DNA of 64,000 bases, taken from NCBI GenBank assembly GCA_963834905.1, contig CAWIDR010000021.1, positions 447 through 64,446 on the forward strand, written 5' to 3'. Below are positions 49,967 through 62,080 of the stretch, piece by piece. Source of the DNA: an uncultured Thermoleophilia bacterium. GTDB taxonomy: Bacteria > Actinomycetota > Thermoleophilia > UBA2241. The translations under genes and the position numbers were made by a program. Below the pieces are notes generated by a model. The model searched no databases and had not been told where the DNA came from. It saw only the letters and a list, made by a program, of their open reading frames with translations. How positions within the stretch are numbered: position 1 is the stretch's first letter; each line of letters opens with the position of its first letter.

Positions 49967-51252
49967 TCACTGCCTGGCGAACGCCTCCATGCCGTCGGCC
50001 ACCGTCGCGAACACCGAGTCGAGCTGGGCGTCGTCGATGACCAGCGGCGGCTGGATGCGCAGCACGCTGCCGAAGTTGCCGCCGACGCCGATGAGCACGC
50101 CGTGGTCGAGGCAGTACTGGCGCACGAAGCCGGCGGCGGCGGTGCCGTAGGCCTTGGTCGCCGGGTCGGCGATGAGCTCGACGCCGACCATGAGGCCCTT
50201 GCCGCGCACGTCGCCGATGAGCGGCTGCGTCTTCTGCAGCTCGCGGAACTTCGCCATCAGGGCCTCGCCCTTGCGCGCCGCGCCGTCCACGACGCCGTCC
50301 AGGAGGAAGTCGATGTTGGCCAGCGCGGCGGCGCAGCTCACGGGGTTGCCGCCGAAGGTGCTGAGGTGGTCGCCGATCTGGAAGGCGTCGGCGATCTCCG
50401 GCCTGGCGATGAACGCGCTGAGCGGCCAGCCGTCGGCGATGCCCTTGGCCATGGTCATGATGTCGGGCACGACGCCGAAGTGCTCGATGGCGAACAGCTT
50501 GCCGGTGCGGCCGAACCCGCTCTGGACCTCGTCGGCGATGAAGAGGATGCCCTCCTCGTCGAGGATCTCCTTGACGCGCTTGAAGTAGCCGTCCGGCGGC
50601 ACGATGATGCCGCCCTCGCCCATCACGGGCTCGGCGATGAAGGCGCAGACGCTGCCCGAGAGGTGCAGGCGGGCGACCTCGCCGACGCGGCGCGCGCAGA
50701 GCAGGTCGCACTTGTCCGGCGTGGTCTCGGCGAAGCAGCGGTAGCAGTACGGCGTGGGCGTGAAGGCGACGCCCGGCATGTAGGGGCCGCCGCCCTTCTT
50801 GCGGCCCGAGTTGCCGGTGACCGACAGCGTCGCGTAGCGAGCGGCCGTGGAAGCTCGACTCGATGGCGAGGAACTCGTTCTTGCCGCTGTAGCGCTTGGC
50901 GAGGCGGAACGCGCCCTCGATGGCCTCGGCGCCGCCGTTGCCGAAGAACGACTTCTGCAGCGTCGCCGGGCGTGACCTCGGCGAGCTTCTCGGCGAGCGC
51001 GCCGACCGACTCCACGTGGTACACGTAGGAGCAGGCGTGGACGAGCTTGTTGGCCTGGGCGATGGCCGCGTCGAGGATCTTCTGGTTGTGGTGGCCGGCG
51101 TTGGTGACGCTGATGCCGGCGAAGCAGTCGATGTACTCGGTGCCGTCGGCGTCGTAGAGAAGAGCGCCGTCGCCGTGGTCGGCGACCACCGGCTCGACGC
51201 GCTTCACGAACCCGGTCATGACGTAGTCGCGGTACTGTTCCTGCACGCCCAT
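49967..51252 (-). CDS. Class III PLP aminotransferase (GabT/ArgD-like; frameshifts near 50840 and 50960)
   Basis: [47 protein letters not shown]. Confidence 0.9.
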
Positions 51253-51281
51253 GCTATCGACTCCCCTTCGGCGAACGCGTG

Positions 51282-51299
51282 GTTAATCACTTGATTGAC
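51282..51299. promoter_or_regulatory. Palindromic operator candidate upstream of the aminotransferase
   Basis: GTTAATCA-CT-TGATTGAC, AT-rich island 30 bp upstream of the start. Confidence 0.5.
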
Positions 51300-51567
51300 T
51301 TGTGAGGCACTAGCGTACCAGATGCGGCCCGTGCGCGCCGCGCGCGGGCGCCGACGGGGAGGCCAACGCGCGCCGCCGCGCCGCGACGCGCGGGCCAAAG
51401 CGCGCTTCGCCGTCGGCCCGCGCGGACTGCCGTGACTGCGATGGCAGAGGTGACGTCCCGCGGCGCGGCCGGTGCGGCCACTTCGCAATGGTCGGGGGCC
51501 TGGATGAGAGGAGCTGTTCGTCCTCGCGGCCGACCGCGACGAGTTCTACCTGCACCGGCGGCGGCTC

Positions 51568-51819
51568 GTGCAGAGCGGCGCGCCGCAGGCCTGGGAGGTG
51601 CGCCTGCAGCGCCTTGCCGGCAATCCGGAGCAGGCGAGCCACCTCTTCGGCGCGTTCCAGCGCTACCACTCTCAAGATGAGTTCGAGGGCGACGGCATCG
51701 GCCTCGCGACCGTTCAACGGCTGGTCGCCAAGCACGGCGGCCGCATCTGGGCGGAAGCCGAGGTCGGCACGGGCGCCACCTTCTTCTTCACGCTGCCGGC
51801 GGCGCCGGCCGGCGACTGA
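51568..51819 (+). pseudogene. Orphan C-terminal fragment of a histidine-kinase ATPase domain
   Basis: LFGAFQRYH...[25 protein letters not shown]...GATFFFTL; no H-, N- or G1-box upstream. Confidence 0.7.
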
Positions 51820-51885
51820 CGCTCGCGGCGGACGGCGCGGACGGCCGCCCGCCGCTCGATCGTCTCGACGGTCAGGCAGCCGTGC

Positions 51886-52748
51886 TCAGCCCGGCGAGAC
51901 CGCCCTCGTCCAGCCAATCGTCGAACGACTTGAGCTGGGGGTACTCGACGCGCAGCGCGGCGATGTCCGCGGCGTAGCCTTCGCGCTCGAAGAAGTCGTA
52001 CATGCGGTAGAGGTCCTCGTTCTGTCTCGCGCAGGGCCTCCCACGGGACCTGGACGTACTCGACGCCGACGCCGCGCGCGGCCGCGATGGCGGCGGCGTA
52101 CTCCGGCAGCGTGCGCTCGTCGCCGGCCAGCTCGAGCTCCCGCCCGGTCCACTTCCCCGGGTCGGCGAACGCCATGGCCACGAAGGCGCCGATGTCGTCG
52201 GCGGCGACCGCCTGGAGCGGCCGGTCAGGCGAGAGCGGCATCGCCAACGTGTAGCCGGCGCCCGACGGCTGCAGCGCCCAGCCGCCGAAGTTCTCGTAGA
52301 AGTACACGGGGCGGACGACGGTCAGCGGAAGCCCGAGCGCGCGCAAGTGGTTCTCGATCGCCCACTTGCTCTCGAAGTGCGGCACCTTGCTGTCACGCTC
52401 GGCGCCGCCGACGGACGAGTACACGTAGTGCGAGACGCCGGCCGCCTTGGCCGCGTCGCCGAGGGTCATGCCCTGGGCGACCTCGGCCTCGAGGCCGGCC
52501 TCGAACGGCGTCGCGACGGAGAACACGCCGGTCACGCCCTCGAACAGGCCGTCCACGGAGGTCCTGTCGGTCAGATCGGCCCGGACCAGCTCGACGCCGG
52601 CGGCGCGCAGCGGCTGCGCCTTCTCGGCATCGGGGTCTCGGGTGATGCCGCGTACGGCGAAGCCGCCGGCGCGGAGGTGCCGCACGACGGAGCCGCCCTG
52701 CGTGCCGGTCGCGCCCGCGACCAGGATGATTCCCTGCTCACCTGACAT
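51886..52748 (-). CDS. NmrA/HSCARG-family NAD(P)-binding protein (frameshift near 52025)
   Basis: LVAGATGTQGGSV, YSSVGGA, VPHFESK, RPVYFYEN. Confidence 0.9.
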
Positions 52749-52832
52749 GGTGGGTTCCTTTCATTGCGTATGCAACTACTTGGAGGGACTCTTCCCTCGC
52801 GGGCGGAAGACCATGCGCGGCGGGCCTGCCGA

Positions 52833-54510
52833 TCAGTCGGCGAAGCCGGCGAACGGGCCGGCGGCGAACACGGGACGGCCGCGGAACAGCGTCAGCTCCA
52901 CCGCGGCCTCGTGGATCCGCTCCGCCGGCAGCTCCAGCAGGTTCTCCCGCAGCACCACGAGGTCGGCCGACTTGCCCACCTCGAGCGAACCCGTCTCGTG
53001 CTCGAGGAAGTTCGCCCGGGCGCCGGCGAGGGTGAACGCCTCGATCATGGTCTCGACGGAGACGGCCTCCTCGGGCCACAGCTCGTCGTTGGGCACCGGC
53101 GCCAGCGGGTCGCGGCGCAGCACGCCGCGCTGGATCGCGAGCAGCGGGTCCGGCGGCGGCGAGACCGGGTAGTCGCTGCCCCCCGCGACCGTCACGCCGG
53201 CGCGCAGGAGACTCCTCAGCGGATACTGATGGTCGGCGCGCGCGCCGACGAGCCGGCGCAGCGCGCGGTCGTAGTCCGGGTCTTTGGTGAACCAGTAGGG
53301 CTGGACGGCGGCCACGACACCGAGCGCCGCCATGCGGTCGTAGTCGCGCGGATCCATGAGTTGCAGGTGGGTGATGGCGTCGCGCGGCGCCGCCGGACCG
53401 GCGCTGCCGGCGGCTCCACCGTCCGCGCCGCCCGCCTGCCTCGCGGCCGCGATCGCGTCCAGCGCCAGCGACACGGCGGCGTCGCCGATGGCGTGGTAGT
53501 GCAACTGGAAGCCCGCGGCAGCGGCCGCCGATGAAGCCTCGATCAGCCGCTCGGCCGGCCAGATGGGAGTGCCGCGAAAGCCGGGCCGGTCGGCGTAGGG
53601 CTCGGCCAGGTAGCCGGTGTGCGTCTCCAGGACGCCGTCGACGAAGAACTTGACGGTGGCGGCGCGCACCAGGGGGCCCGTGAAGCGGGCGCGCACCTCA
53701 GCCGCGGCCTCGAGCTGCTCGCCGACAGGCGTCGTCCGGATCGAGCATCACCGCGAGGCAGAACCGCGCCGTGAGCTCGTCGTCGTCCTCCAGGCGGCGG
53801 TAGGCGTCCAGCACCGTCTCCCACGGGTGCACGCCGGCCTCGTGCAGGAGCGTGGTGCCGTACCGCCCGGCGATCTCGCGCTGGAAGTGCCGCAGCGCCT
53901 CCGCCCGCTGCGCGACGGTGTACTGCGGCAGCGCCCGCTCCACCCACGGGAACGCCTCGTGCAGCAGGCCCTTGGGCGAGCCGTCCGGCAGCCGCTCGAC
54001 GATCGCGCCGCTCCAGCCGGGATCGTCCCGGCCGACCCCGGCGCGCCGCAGCAGCTCGCTGTTGACCCACTGCGCGTGCACGTTGTCGTCGTGCAGGCAG
54101 ACCGGCCGGTCGGGCACGACGCGGTCGATGGCCGCGGCCGTCATCTCCTCCATGGGGACCACGGTGGGATACCAGCCGCCGCCGCGGATGGCCGGCAGCT
54201 CGGGGTGCTCCGCGGCGAACCGCGCCAGCCGGTCGAGGCACTCCTGCACGGAGCGGCAGTCGGCCAGCTTGACCTCGAAGAGCTCGACCGTCGCGAACGA
54301 CGGGTGCAGGTGAGCGTCCGCGAAGCCGGGCAGGACGAGGCGGCCGCCGAGGTCCACGGTCCGCGTGCGCGGACCGGCCCACTCGGCGGCCTCCGCCGCG
54401 CTCCCCAGCGCCACGATCCGGCCGTCCTTGACGGCCAGCGCCTCGTGGCGCGACCGTCGCGCGTCCACCGCGTAGACGACGCCGCCGGTCAGGATCACGT
54501 CGGCCTGCAT
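52833..54510 (-). CDS. Amidohydrolase 3 (YtcJ-like) metallo-hydrolase (frameshift near 53730)
   Basis: [45 protein letters not shown]. Confidence 0.9.
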
Positions 54511-54689
54511 GCTGCGCTCCTCCTCCGCATCTTCGGCGCCAGTATGCCACGCCGCGGCCCTGCTCAAGACGATTGTGTGCGCCTCCACGGAGGCCGCGCG
54601 GGGTCGGTCGCGCGCCGGGCGAACTCGCGCGGCTGGGCAATTTCGTCGCCCTGCGGCCCTGCCAAGACCTCGCGCGCACGTCTGGGCCG

Positions 54690-54721
54690 TGTGGACGCGT
54701 GCACAAACGGGCCGCTATACT
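54690..54721 (+). promoter_or_regulatory. Rex-like operator overlapping the -35 region, plus TATACT -10 box of the hdr-met operon
   Basis: TGTGGACGCGTGCACA at 54690-54705; TATACT at 54716-54721; AAAGGAG RBS before ATG 54802. Confidence 0.6.
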
Positions 54722-54801
54722 TGGTCCACCCAAGTGGGCCGTTGAGTCTGTGGTCACCCCACTCGTGTCTGGGACTGCCGCGTAGTCGCAAAGGAGTGCG
54801 T

Positions 54802-57800
54802 ATGTCGGGTTCACCACCCAAGTCCACCGGTGCTGCGCTTGTCGTCGGCGGCGGCGTTGCGGGCATCCAGTGCTCGCTCGACCTTGCCGAAGGGGGGTAC
54901 AAGGTCTACCTCGTCGAGAAGGCTCCGGCCCTGGGTGGTCACATGGCCCAGCTCGACAAGACCTTCCCCACCAACGACTGTTCGATGTGCACCCTGTCGC
55001 CCAAGCTGGTCGAGGCCGGCAGGCACCTGAACATCGAGATCGTCACCAATTCCGAGCTCATCGGCCTCGAGGGCGAGCCCGGCAACTTCACGCCAAGGTC
55101 TACCACCACGCCCGGTTCGTCGACCCGGACATCTGCACCAGCTGCGGCGAGTGCGCCCCGGTGTGCCCCGTCAAGGTCCCAGACCCTACAACGAGGAGCT
55201 CGGCGAGCGCAAGGCCATCTTCAAGCTCTACCCGCAGGCCATCCCCAACACGTACGCGGTGACCAAGAAGGGCCACAGCCCCTGCAAGCGCGCGTGCGCC
55301 GTGCACACCAGCGCGCAGGGCTACCTGGCCCTCATCGCCGACGGCCGCTACGCCGAGGCGTACACGGTCGCCAGCGAGCCCAACCCCTTCACCGCCGTCT
55401 GCGGCCGCGTCTGCACGCACAAGTGCGAGACCGACTGCACGCGCGGTGAGGTCGACGAGCCGCTGGCCATCGCCGGCCTCAAGCGGTTCATCAGCGACTA
55501 CGCCTTCGACAACGTGCCGCTGCCCGAGAAGGCGGAGGTCACGTTCAAGGAGAAGGTCGCCGTCGTCGGCGCGGGCCCCAGCGGTCTCACCGCCGCCCGC
55601 GACCTCGCGCTCCTCGGCTACGCCGTCACCGTCTTCGAGAGCAAGCCGGAGCCGGGCGGCATGCTGCGCTTCGGCATCCCCGAGTACCGCCTGCCCAAGG
55701 CCGCCCTGCAGCAGGACATCGACCGCATCACCGCGCTCGGCGTCGACCTGCAGGTCAACAAGGCCGCCGGCAAGGACTTCACCATCGACGGCCTCATGAA
55801 GAAGGACGGCGGCGGCTACAAGGCCGTGTACCTCGCCGTCGGCCTCCAGGGCGGCCGCACCCTGCCCGTCCCCGGCGCCGACGCCAAGGGCGTCCTCGAC
55901 GCCGTGAGCGTCCTCAAGGCCGCCTCGCTCGGCGAGAAGGTCGACATGGGCAAGAACGTCGTCGTCATCGGCGGCGGCGACGTGGCCTTCGACGCCGGGC
56001 GCACCGCACTCCGGCTCGGCGCCGAGAAGGTCACCATCAACTGCATCGAGGACGACCAGAGCGTCCCGGCCTCCGACGACGAGCTCACCGAGGGCCTGGA
56101 CGAGGGCATCAGCTTCAACTGCTCCTGCATGCCGTCGCAGATCGTCACCGACGCCTCCGGCCGCGCCAGCAAGGTCGAGTTCCTCGCCTGCTCGCTCGGC
56201 GAGCCGGACGCGCGCGGCTGGCGTCCGCCGGTCGCCATCGCCGGCTCCGAGCACAGCTCGACTGCGACACCGTCATCTTCGCCATCGGCCAGAGCATGGT
56301 CGAGGACTTCCTCGAGGGGTCCAAGGGCCTCAAGGTCGAGAAGGGCCAGATCCTCACCGACAAGGCCACGCTCGGCACCGGCAAGAAGGGCGTGTTCGCC
56401 GGCGGCGACGCCGCGGCCCGCGCCCCGTGGACGGCCATCGAGGCCGTCGCCGCCGGCCGCCGCGCCGCGCGCAGCATCCACAACTTCCTGCGCGGCGAGG
56501 ACCTCCTCCCCATCGAGGACGACGTCATGGACGAGGCCAAGCCCGAGGACGCCGTCCTCGAGCAGACCGCCGTCATGGCGCGCCTGCCGATGCCGCACCT
56601 TCCCGGCGCGGCGCGCAAGATCGTCTGGGACGAGGTCAACACCGGGTTCTCCGCCGACCAGGCCGTCGCCGAGGCCAAGCGCTGCCTCAACTGCGCCGTC
56701 TGCTCCGAGTGCATGGAGTGCGTCCGGGCCTGCGGCCCCGGCGCCCTGGTGCACGGCGAGCGCGACAAGGAGATCGACGTCGAGGTCGGCGCCGTCGTCA
56801 TGGCGACCGGCTTCGACCTCTACGACCCCGGCGCCAACAGCGAGTACGGCTACGAGCGCTACCCGAACGTCCTCTCGGCGCTCGAGTACGAGCGCATGCT
56901 CAGCGCCAGCGGCCCGACGATCGGCTCGGTGGAGCGCCGCGACAACGGGACGCACCCCAAGAAGATCGCCTTCATCCAGTGCGTCGGCTCGCGCGACCAG
57001 GAGCACGAGTACTGCTCCAGCGTCTGCTGCATGCTTCGCCAACAAGCAGGCGATGCTCACCATCGACCACGAGCCCGACAGCGAGCCGACCGTCTTCCTC
57101 ATGGACATGCGCGCCCAGGGCAAGGGCTTCGACGCCTTCTACCAGCGCGCCCTCGACAAGGGCGTCAAGTTCGTCCGCTCGCGCCCCTCGTACATCAAGG
57201 AAGACCCGCTGACCAACGACCTCCTGATCAGCTGGGAGGACGAGGCCGGCAAGATGCACGAGACCCGCTACGACATGGTCGTGCTCTCGGCCGGCCTGGA
57301 GCCTGCGCGCAAGGCGCAGGAGGCGGCCGGCCACGTCGGCGTCGCCCTCAACCGGCACGGCTTCTGCGAGCTGCACGAGTTCAACCCGCTCGAGACCAGC
57401 CGCAAGGGCGTGTTCGTCGTCGGCCCGTTCGGCGAGCCCAAGGACATCCCCGACAGCGTCGCCCAGGCCTCGGCCGCGGCGGCCCAGGTGATGACCGGCC
57501 TCGCCGACTCGCGCCACACGCTCACGGTCGACAAGGAGTACCCGGCCGAGAAGAACGTGGTCGGCGTCGAGCCGCGCGTCGGCGTCTTCGTCTGCCACTG
57601 CGGCAGCAACATCGCCGGCGTCATCGAGGTGGAGAGCGTCGCCGAGTACGCCAAGCAGCTGCCCGGCGTCGACGTTCGCCACCGACACGATGTACACGTG
57701 CTCCAGCGACAGCCTCTCGCTCATCCGCGACGCGATCGAGGAGCACGACCTGAACCGCGTCGTGGTCGCCAGCTGCACGCCGCGCACGCACGAGCCGATC

Positions 57801-59251
57801 TTCCAGGACACCCTGCGCGAGGCCGGCCTCAACCCGTTCCTCTTCGAGATGGCCAACATCCGCGACCAGGCGAGCTGGGTGCACGCCAAGGAGCCGGACA
57901 AGGCCACGCAGAAGGCCAAGGAACTGGTCCAGATGAGCGTGGCCCGGGCCCGGCTGCTCGAGCCGCTGTTCAAGGTCGACGTGCCGCTGACCCACTCCGC
58001 CGTCGTCATCGGCGGCGGCGTGGCCGGCATGACCAGCGCCCTGGCGCTCGGCGACATGGGCCACGAGGTCCACCTCATCGAGCGCTCGCCCAAGCTGGGC
58101 GGCCACGTGCTCGAGCTCGGCGACACGATCAAGGGCAACGACCCGACGGCGCTGGTCAAGCAGCTGGAGCAGCGCCTCGTCGACAACCCCAACGTCAAGA
58201 TCCACCTCGACGCCGAGCTCGCCGACTTCCACGGCTTCATCGGCAACTTCTCGAGCGTCATCGGCGAGAAGGACGGCAAGCGCACGCGCGATCGACAACG
58301 GCGTCGTCATCGTCGCGACCGGCAGCCACCGAGGACCGCCCGGACCTGTACGGCCTCGAGTCCAGCCAGAAGGTCGTCACCGGCATGGACCTCGAGCGCA
58401 TGCTCAAGGAGGACGACCCGGCGCTCGCCGACGGCAAGTCGCGTCGGCTTCATCCTCTGCGCCGGCTCGCTCGACGAGCACCACCCTACTGCTCGCGCAC
58501 CTGCTGCCAGCAGAGCGTCAAGAACGCCATCGCGCTCAAGGAGACAGGACCCGAAGCGCGCGGTCTACGTCTGGTTCAAGGAGATCCGCACCTACGGTCT
58601 CCTCGAGGAGTACTACACGAAGGCGCGTGAGCTCGGCGTCATCTTCACGCGCTACGACAACGAGAGCCTGCCGCAGGTCGAGCGCCAACGGCAAGCGTCA
58701 GCGTCTCGGCCCGCGACCCGTACCTGGGCCGCGACGTCGACCTGCCGCTCGACCTGCTGGTGCTCGCCACTCCCGCCGTGCCTTCGACGGGCGGCAGCGA
58801 GCTGAGCAAGATGCTCAAGGTGCCGCTCACCGCCGACGGCTTCTACCTCGAGGCGCACGTCAAGCTGCGCCCCGTCGACTTCGGCAGCGAGGGCATCTTC
58901 CTCTGCGGCGGCGCGCACTACCCCAAGAGCATCGAAGAGACGATCTCGCAGGCCTACGCCGCCGCGGGTCGCGCCGCGTCCATCCTGGCCAAGTCGGTGC
59001 TCAAGGCCGGCGGCGTCGTCGCCGAGGTCGACACGGAGAAGTGCGCAGCCTGCCTCACGTGCGTGCGCATCTGCCCCTACGAGGTGCCGATCATCGACCT
59101 CGAGACCAAGAAGGCCAAGATCGAGGCGGCCGCCTGCCAGGGCTGCGGCGTGTGCGTCAGCGAGTGCCCCGTCAAGGCGATCACCCTGCACCACTACACC
59201 GACGCGCAGGTCTTCGCCAAGGAAGAGGCGCTCTTCATGGAGGTGAGCTGA
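54802..59251 (+). CDS. hdrA: Large HdrA (HdrL-like): HdrA module + inserted GltD-like flavin domain + second HdrA module (many frameshifts)
   Basis: VVGGGVAG...[13 protein letters not shown]; [20 protein letters not shown]; [14 protein letters not shown]; [24 protein letters not shown]; second GGGVAG; CAACLTC/CQGCGVC. Confidence 0.9.
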
Positions 59252-59252
59252 C

Positions 59253-59854
59253 ATGGCCGACGCCGACGTGAAGACCCCGGTGGCCGAGGGCGAGACGCCC
59301 GAAGCCGTCGGACGAGGCGCCGAAGAAGCCCGTCGACCCGGACTTCGAGCCCGAGATCATCGTGTTCGCGTGCCACTACTGCGCCTATGCGGCGGCCGAC
59401 CTGGCCGGCAGCATGCGCCTGCAGTACCCGACGAACATCCGCATGATCAAGCTGCCGTGCACCGGCAAGCTCGAGGTCATCCACCTGCTCAGGGCGATCG
59501 AGGCCGGCGCGGACGGCGTGTACGCCGCCGGCTGCCTCGAGGGCGAGTGCCACTACCTCAAGGGCAACCTGTGGGCGCGCAAGCGCGTGAACCACGTCAA
59601 GGACCTGCTCGCCGAGGTCGGCATCGAGCCCGAGCGCGTCGAGATGTACAACATGTCGTCGGCCGAGGGCGCCAAGTTCGCGGAGATCGGCGACCGAGTT
59701 CACCGAACGCATCAAGGCGCTCGGCCCCAACCCCGTCAGACGTGCACGGCGTGGACGCGCACGCCGCCGCCCGCGAAGCGCTCGGCGGCGTGGCCATGCC
59801 CGACGACCCCACTCCGTCCGCCGCTGCCACCGTGAGGAAGGACACGCAGAATGA
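59253..59854 (+). CDS. mvhD: MvhD/FlpD [2Fe-2S] subunit (frameshifted)
   Basis: IIVFACHYCAYAAADLAG, LPCTGK, GADGV, GCLEGECHY, GIEPERV; ATGA overlap with metV. Confidence 0.9.
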
Positions 59855-60534
59855 TCACCGCCGAACGCAAACCCCTCGACGAGATCCTCGCGCTCGTCGG
59901 CGACAAGAAGAAGGTCCTCGTGGCCGGATGCGACACCTGCGTCGCCATCTGCCTCACGGGCGGCGAGAAGGAGGCCGAGATCCTGGCCAGCGAGCTGCGG
60001 ATCAAGGCCGCGCAGGACGGCCGCGAGGCCGACATCGAGCACACGGCGGCCATCCGCCAGTGCGAGTGGGAGTACCTCGACATGATCGCCGACAAGGTCG
60101 GCGACGCCGACATCGTCGTCAGCATGGCCTGCGGCATCGGCATCCAGAGCATGGCCGAGAAGTTCTCGCCCAAGCTCGTCGTGCCGGCCGTCAACACCAA
60201 CATGCTGGGCATGCCGCAGGAGCACGCCGTCTGGCTCGAGCGCTGCGGCGCCTGCGGCGACTGCGTCATCGGCGAGACCGCCGGCGTCTGCCCCGTCGTG
60301 CGCTGCAGCAAGAGCCTCATGAACGGCCCCTGCGGCGGCTCGCACGACGGCCTCTGCGAGGTCACCGGTCCGAAGAAGGAAGAGATCGAATGCGCCTGGG
60401 CGCTCATCTGGGAGCGCCTCAAGGAGCAGGGCCGCGAAGAGATGATGTACGTGAACCGGCCGCCGAAGAACTGGAGCAAGAGCAGCTCCGGCGGCCCGCG
60501 GAAGATGGTACGTGAGGAGGCGAAGCCGGTATGA
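59851..60534 (+). CDS. metV: Methylene-THF reductase small subunit
   Basis: GCDTCVAIC, RQCE, ACGIG, RCGACGDCVI, CPVVRCSKSLMNGPCGG, CAW. Confidence 0.92.
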   Translation: MITAERKPLDEILALVGDKKKVLVAGCDTCVAICLTGGEKEAEILASELRIKAAQDGREADIEHTAAIRQCEWEYLDMIADKVGDADIVVSMACGIGIQSMAEKFSPKLVVPAVNTNMLGMPQEHAVWLERCGACGDCVIGETAGVCPVVRCSKSLMNGPCGGSHDGLCEVTGPKKEEIECAWALIWERLKEQGREEMMYVNRPPKNWSKSSSGGPRKMVREEAKPV

Positions 60535-61480
60535 CCGCGACTGAGTACAAGGCCGGTTCGCAACCTCGAGAAGGTCCTGAGCGAGGGCAAGTTCGCGGTC
60601 ACCGGCGAGTGCGGCCCGCCCAAGAGCGCCGACGTCACCGTCATCGAGAAGAAGGCCAAGATCCTCAAGGGCTACGTCGACGCCGTCAACATCACCGACA
60701 ACCAGACGGCCGTGGTACGCGTCTGCTCCATGGCCTCGGGCGTACACGGCCCAGGCAGAACGGCCTCGAGGCCATCATGCAGATGACCTGCCGCGACCGT
60801 AACCGCCTCGCCATGCAGGCCGACATCCTCGGCGCCGACACGCTGGGCATCAAGAACGTCCTCTGCCTCACCGGCGACCACATGAGCTTCGGCAACCACC
60901 CCGAGGCCAAGGGCGTGCACGACCTCGACGCCATCAACCTGATCAAGATGTACAAGGACATGCGCGACGAGAAGAAGTTCCAGTGCGGCGAGGAGATGGC
61001 CGTCGCGCCGAAGCTCTACATCGGCTGCGCCGAGAACCCCTTCGCCGACCCGTTCGAGTTCCGCGCCCTGCGCCTCAAGAAGAAGATCGAGGCCGGCGCC
61101 GACTTCATGCAGACCCAGTGCATCTTCAACGTCCCCAAGTTCAAGAAGTGGATGGAAGAGGTGCGCGCCCTGGGCCTGCACAAGGAGATCAAGATCCTCG
61201 CCGGCATCACGCCGCTCAAGGGCGTCGGCGGCGCGCGCTACATGCAGAAGTTCGTGCCCGGTATCGACGTGCCCCAGGAGATCGTCGACCGCATGGCCGG
61301 CATCGAGAAGGGGCCGGCGTCGCACGCCGAAGGCAAGAAGATCGCCGTCGAGATGATCAAGGAGTTCAGCCGAGATCGAGGGCGTCGCCGGCATCCACAT
61401 CATGGCCATCGAGTGGGAAGAGCGCCGTGCCCGAGATCGTGGAGGCCGCCGGCCTCATGCCGCGGCCGGCGGTCGCCTAG
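60531..61480 (+). CDS. metF: Methylene-THF reductase large subunit (frameshifted)
   Basis: VTGECGPPK, NITDNQTA, MQMTCRDRNR, CLTGDH, KIEAGADFMQTQ, GIHIMAI. Confidence 0.92.
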
Positions 61481-61489
61481 GAGGCGCGC

Positions 61490-62080
61490 ATGGCCACCAC
61501 CTGCACACCGAGCGCCTCGCTCAGCCGGCAAGTCACCGCCGGCTGCGACGAGAACGCCGATCTCTGCTACCAGTGCAAGAAGTGCACGTCCGGGTGCCCC
61601 GTGGCCCGCTACGCGGACATGCACCCGGCGATGATCATGCGCGCCGTCCAGCTCGGGCAGTACGACATGATCTTCGACGACCGGTTCATCTGGCTGTGCA
61701 CCGGGTGCGAGACCTGCACCACCCGGTGCCCGCAGGGCATCGACATCGCGACCATCATGGACGAGCTCAAGATCATGGCCCGCAAGCAGGGCCGCATCCC
61801 CGCCGGCACGCCGTCGGCGCAGATGCTCAAGCTCAACTACGACTCGTTCGTCCGCTGGGGCCGCATGTGGGAGGTCGAGCTCATCACCCTCGACGTCCTC
61901 AAGCGGCCGAGCAGCGTCAAGAACTGGCTCACGCTCGGCCCCAAGATGATGCTCAAGGGCAAGATCAACCCCACGCTCAAGCGCGGCGACACGATGGCCA
62001 TGAAGCGCATGGTCCAGACCGCCGAGAGCATCACCAGGGCCCGTGAGGCCCGCACGGCCGCCGAGGGAGGTGGGTCATGA
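61490..62080 (+). CDS. hdrC: Heterodisulfide reductase subunit C-like
   Basis: CYQCKKCTSGCP and WLCTGCETCTTRCP. Confidence 0.9.
   Translation: MATTCTPSASLSRQVTAGCDENADLCYQCKKCTSGCPVARYADMHPAMIMRAVQLGQYDMIFDDRFIWLCTGCETCTTRCPQGIDIATIMDELKIMARKQGRIPAGTPSAQMLKLNYDSFVRWGRMWEVELITLDVLKRPSSVKNWLTLGPKMMLKGKINPTLKRGDTMAMKRMVQTAESITRAREARTAAEGGGS

Noticed and set aside
54802-59854. Selenocysteine in HdrA/MvhD
   Set aside because: The usual positions are TGC/TGT Cys; frame breaks are indels, not in-frame TGA.
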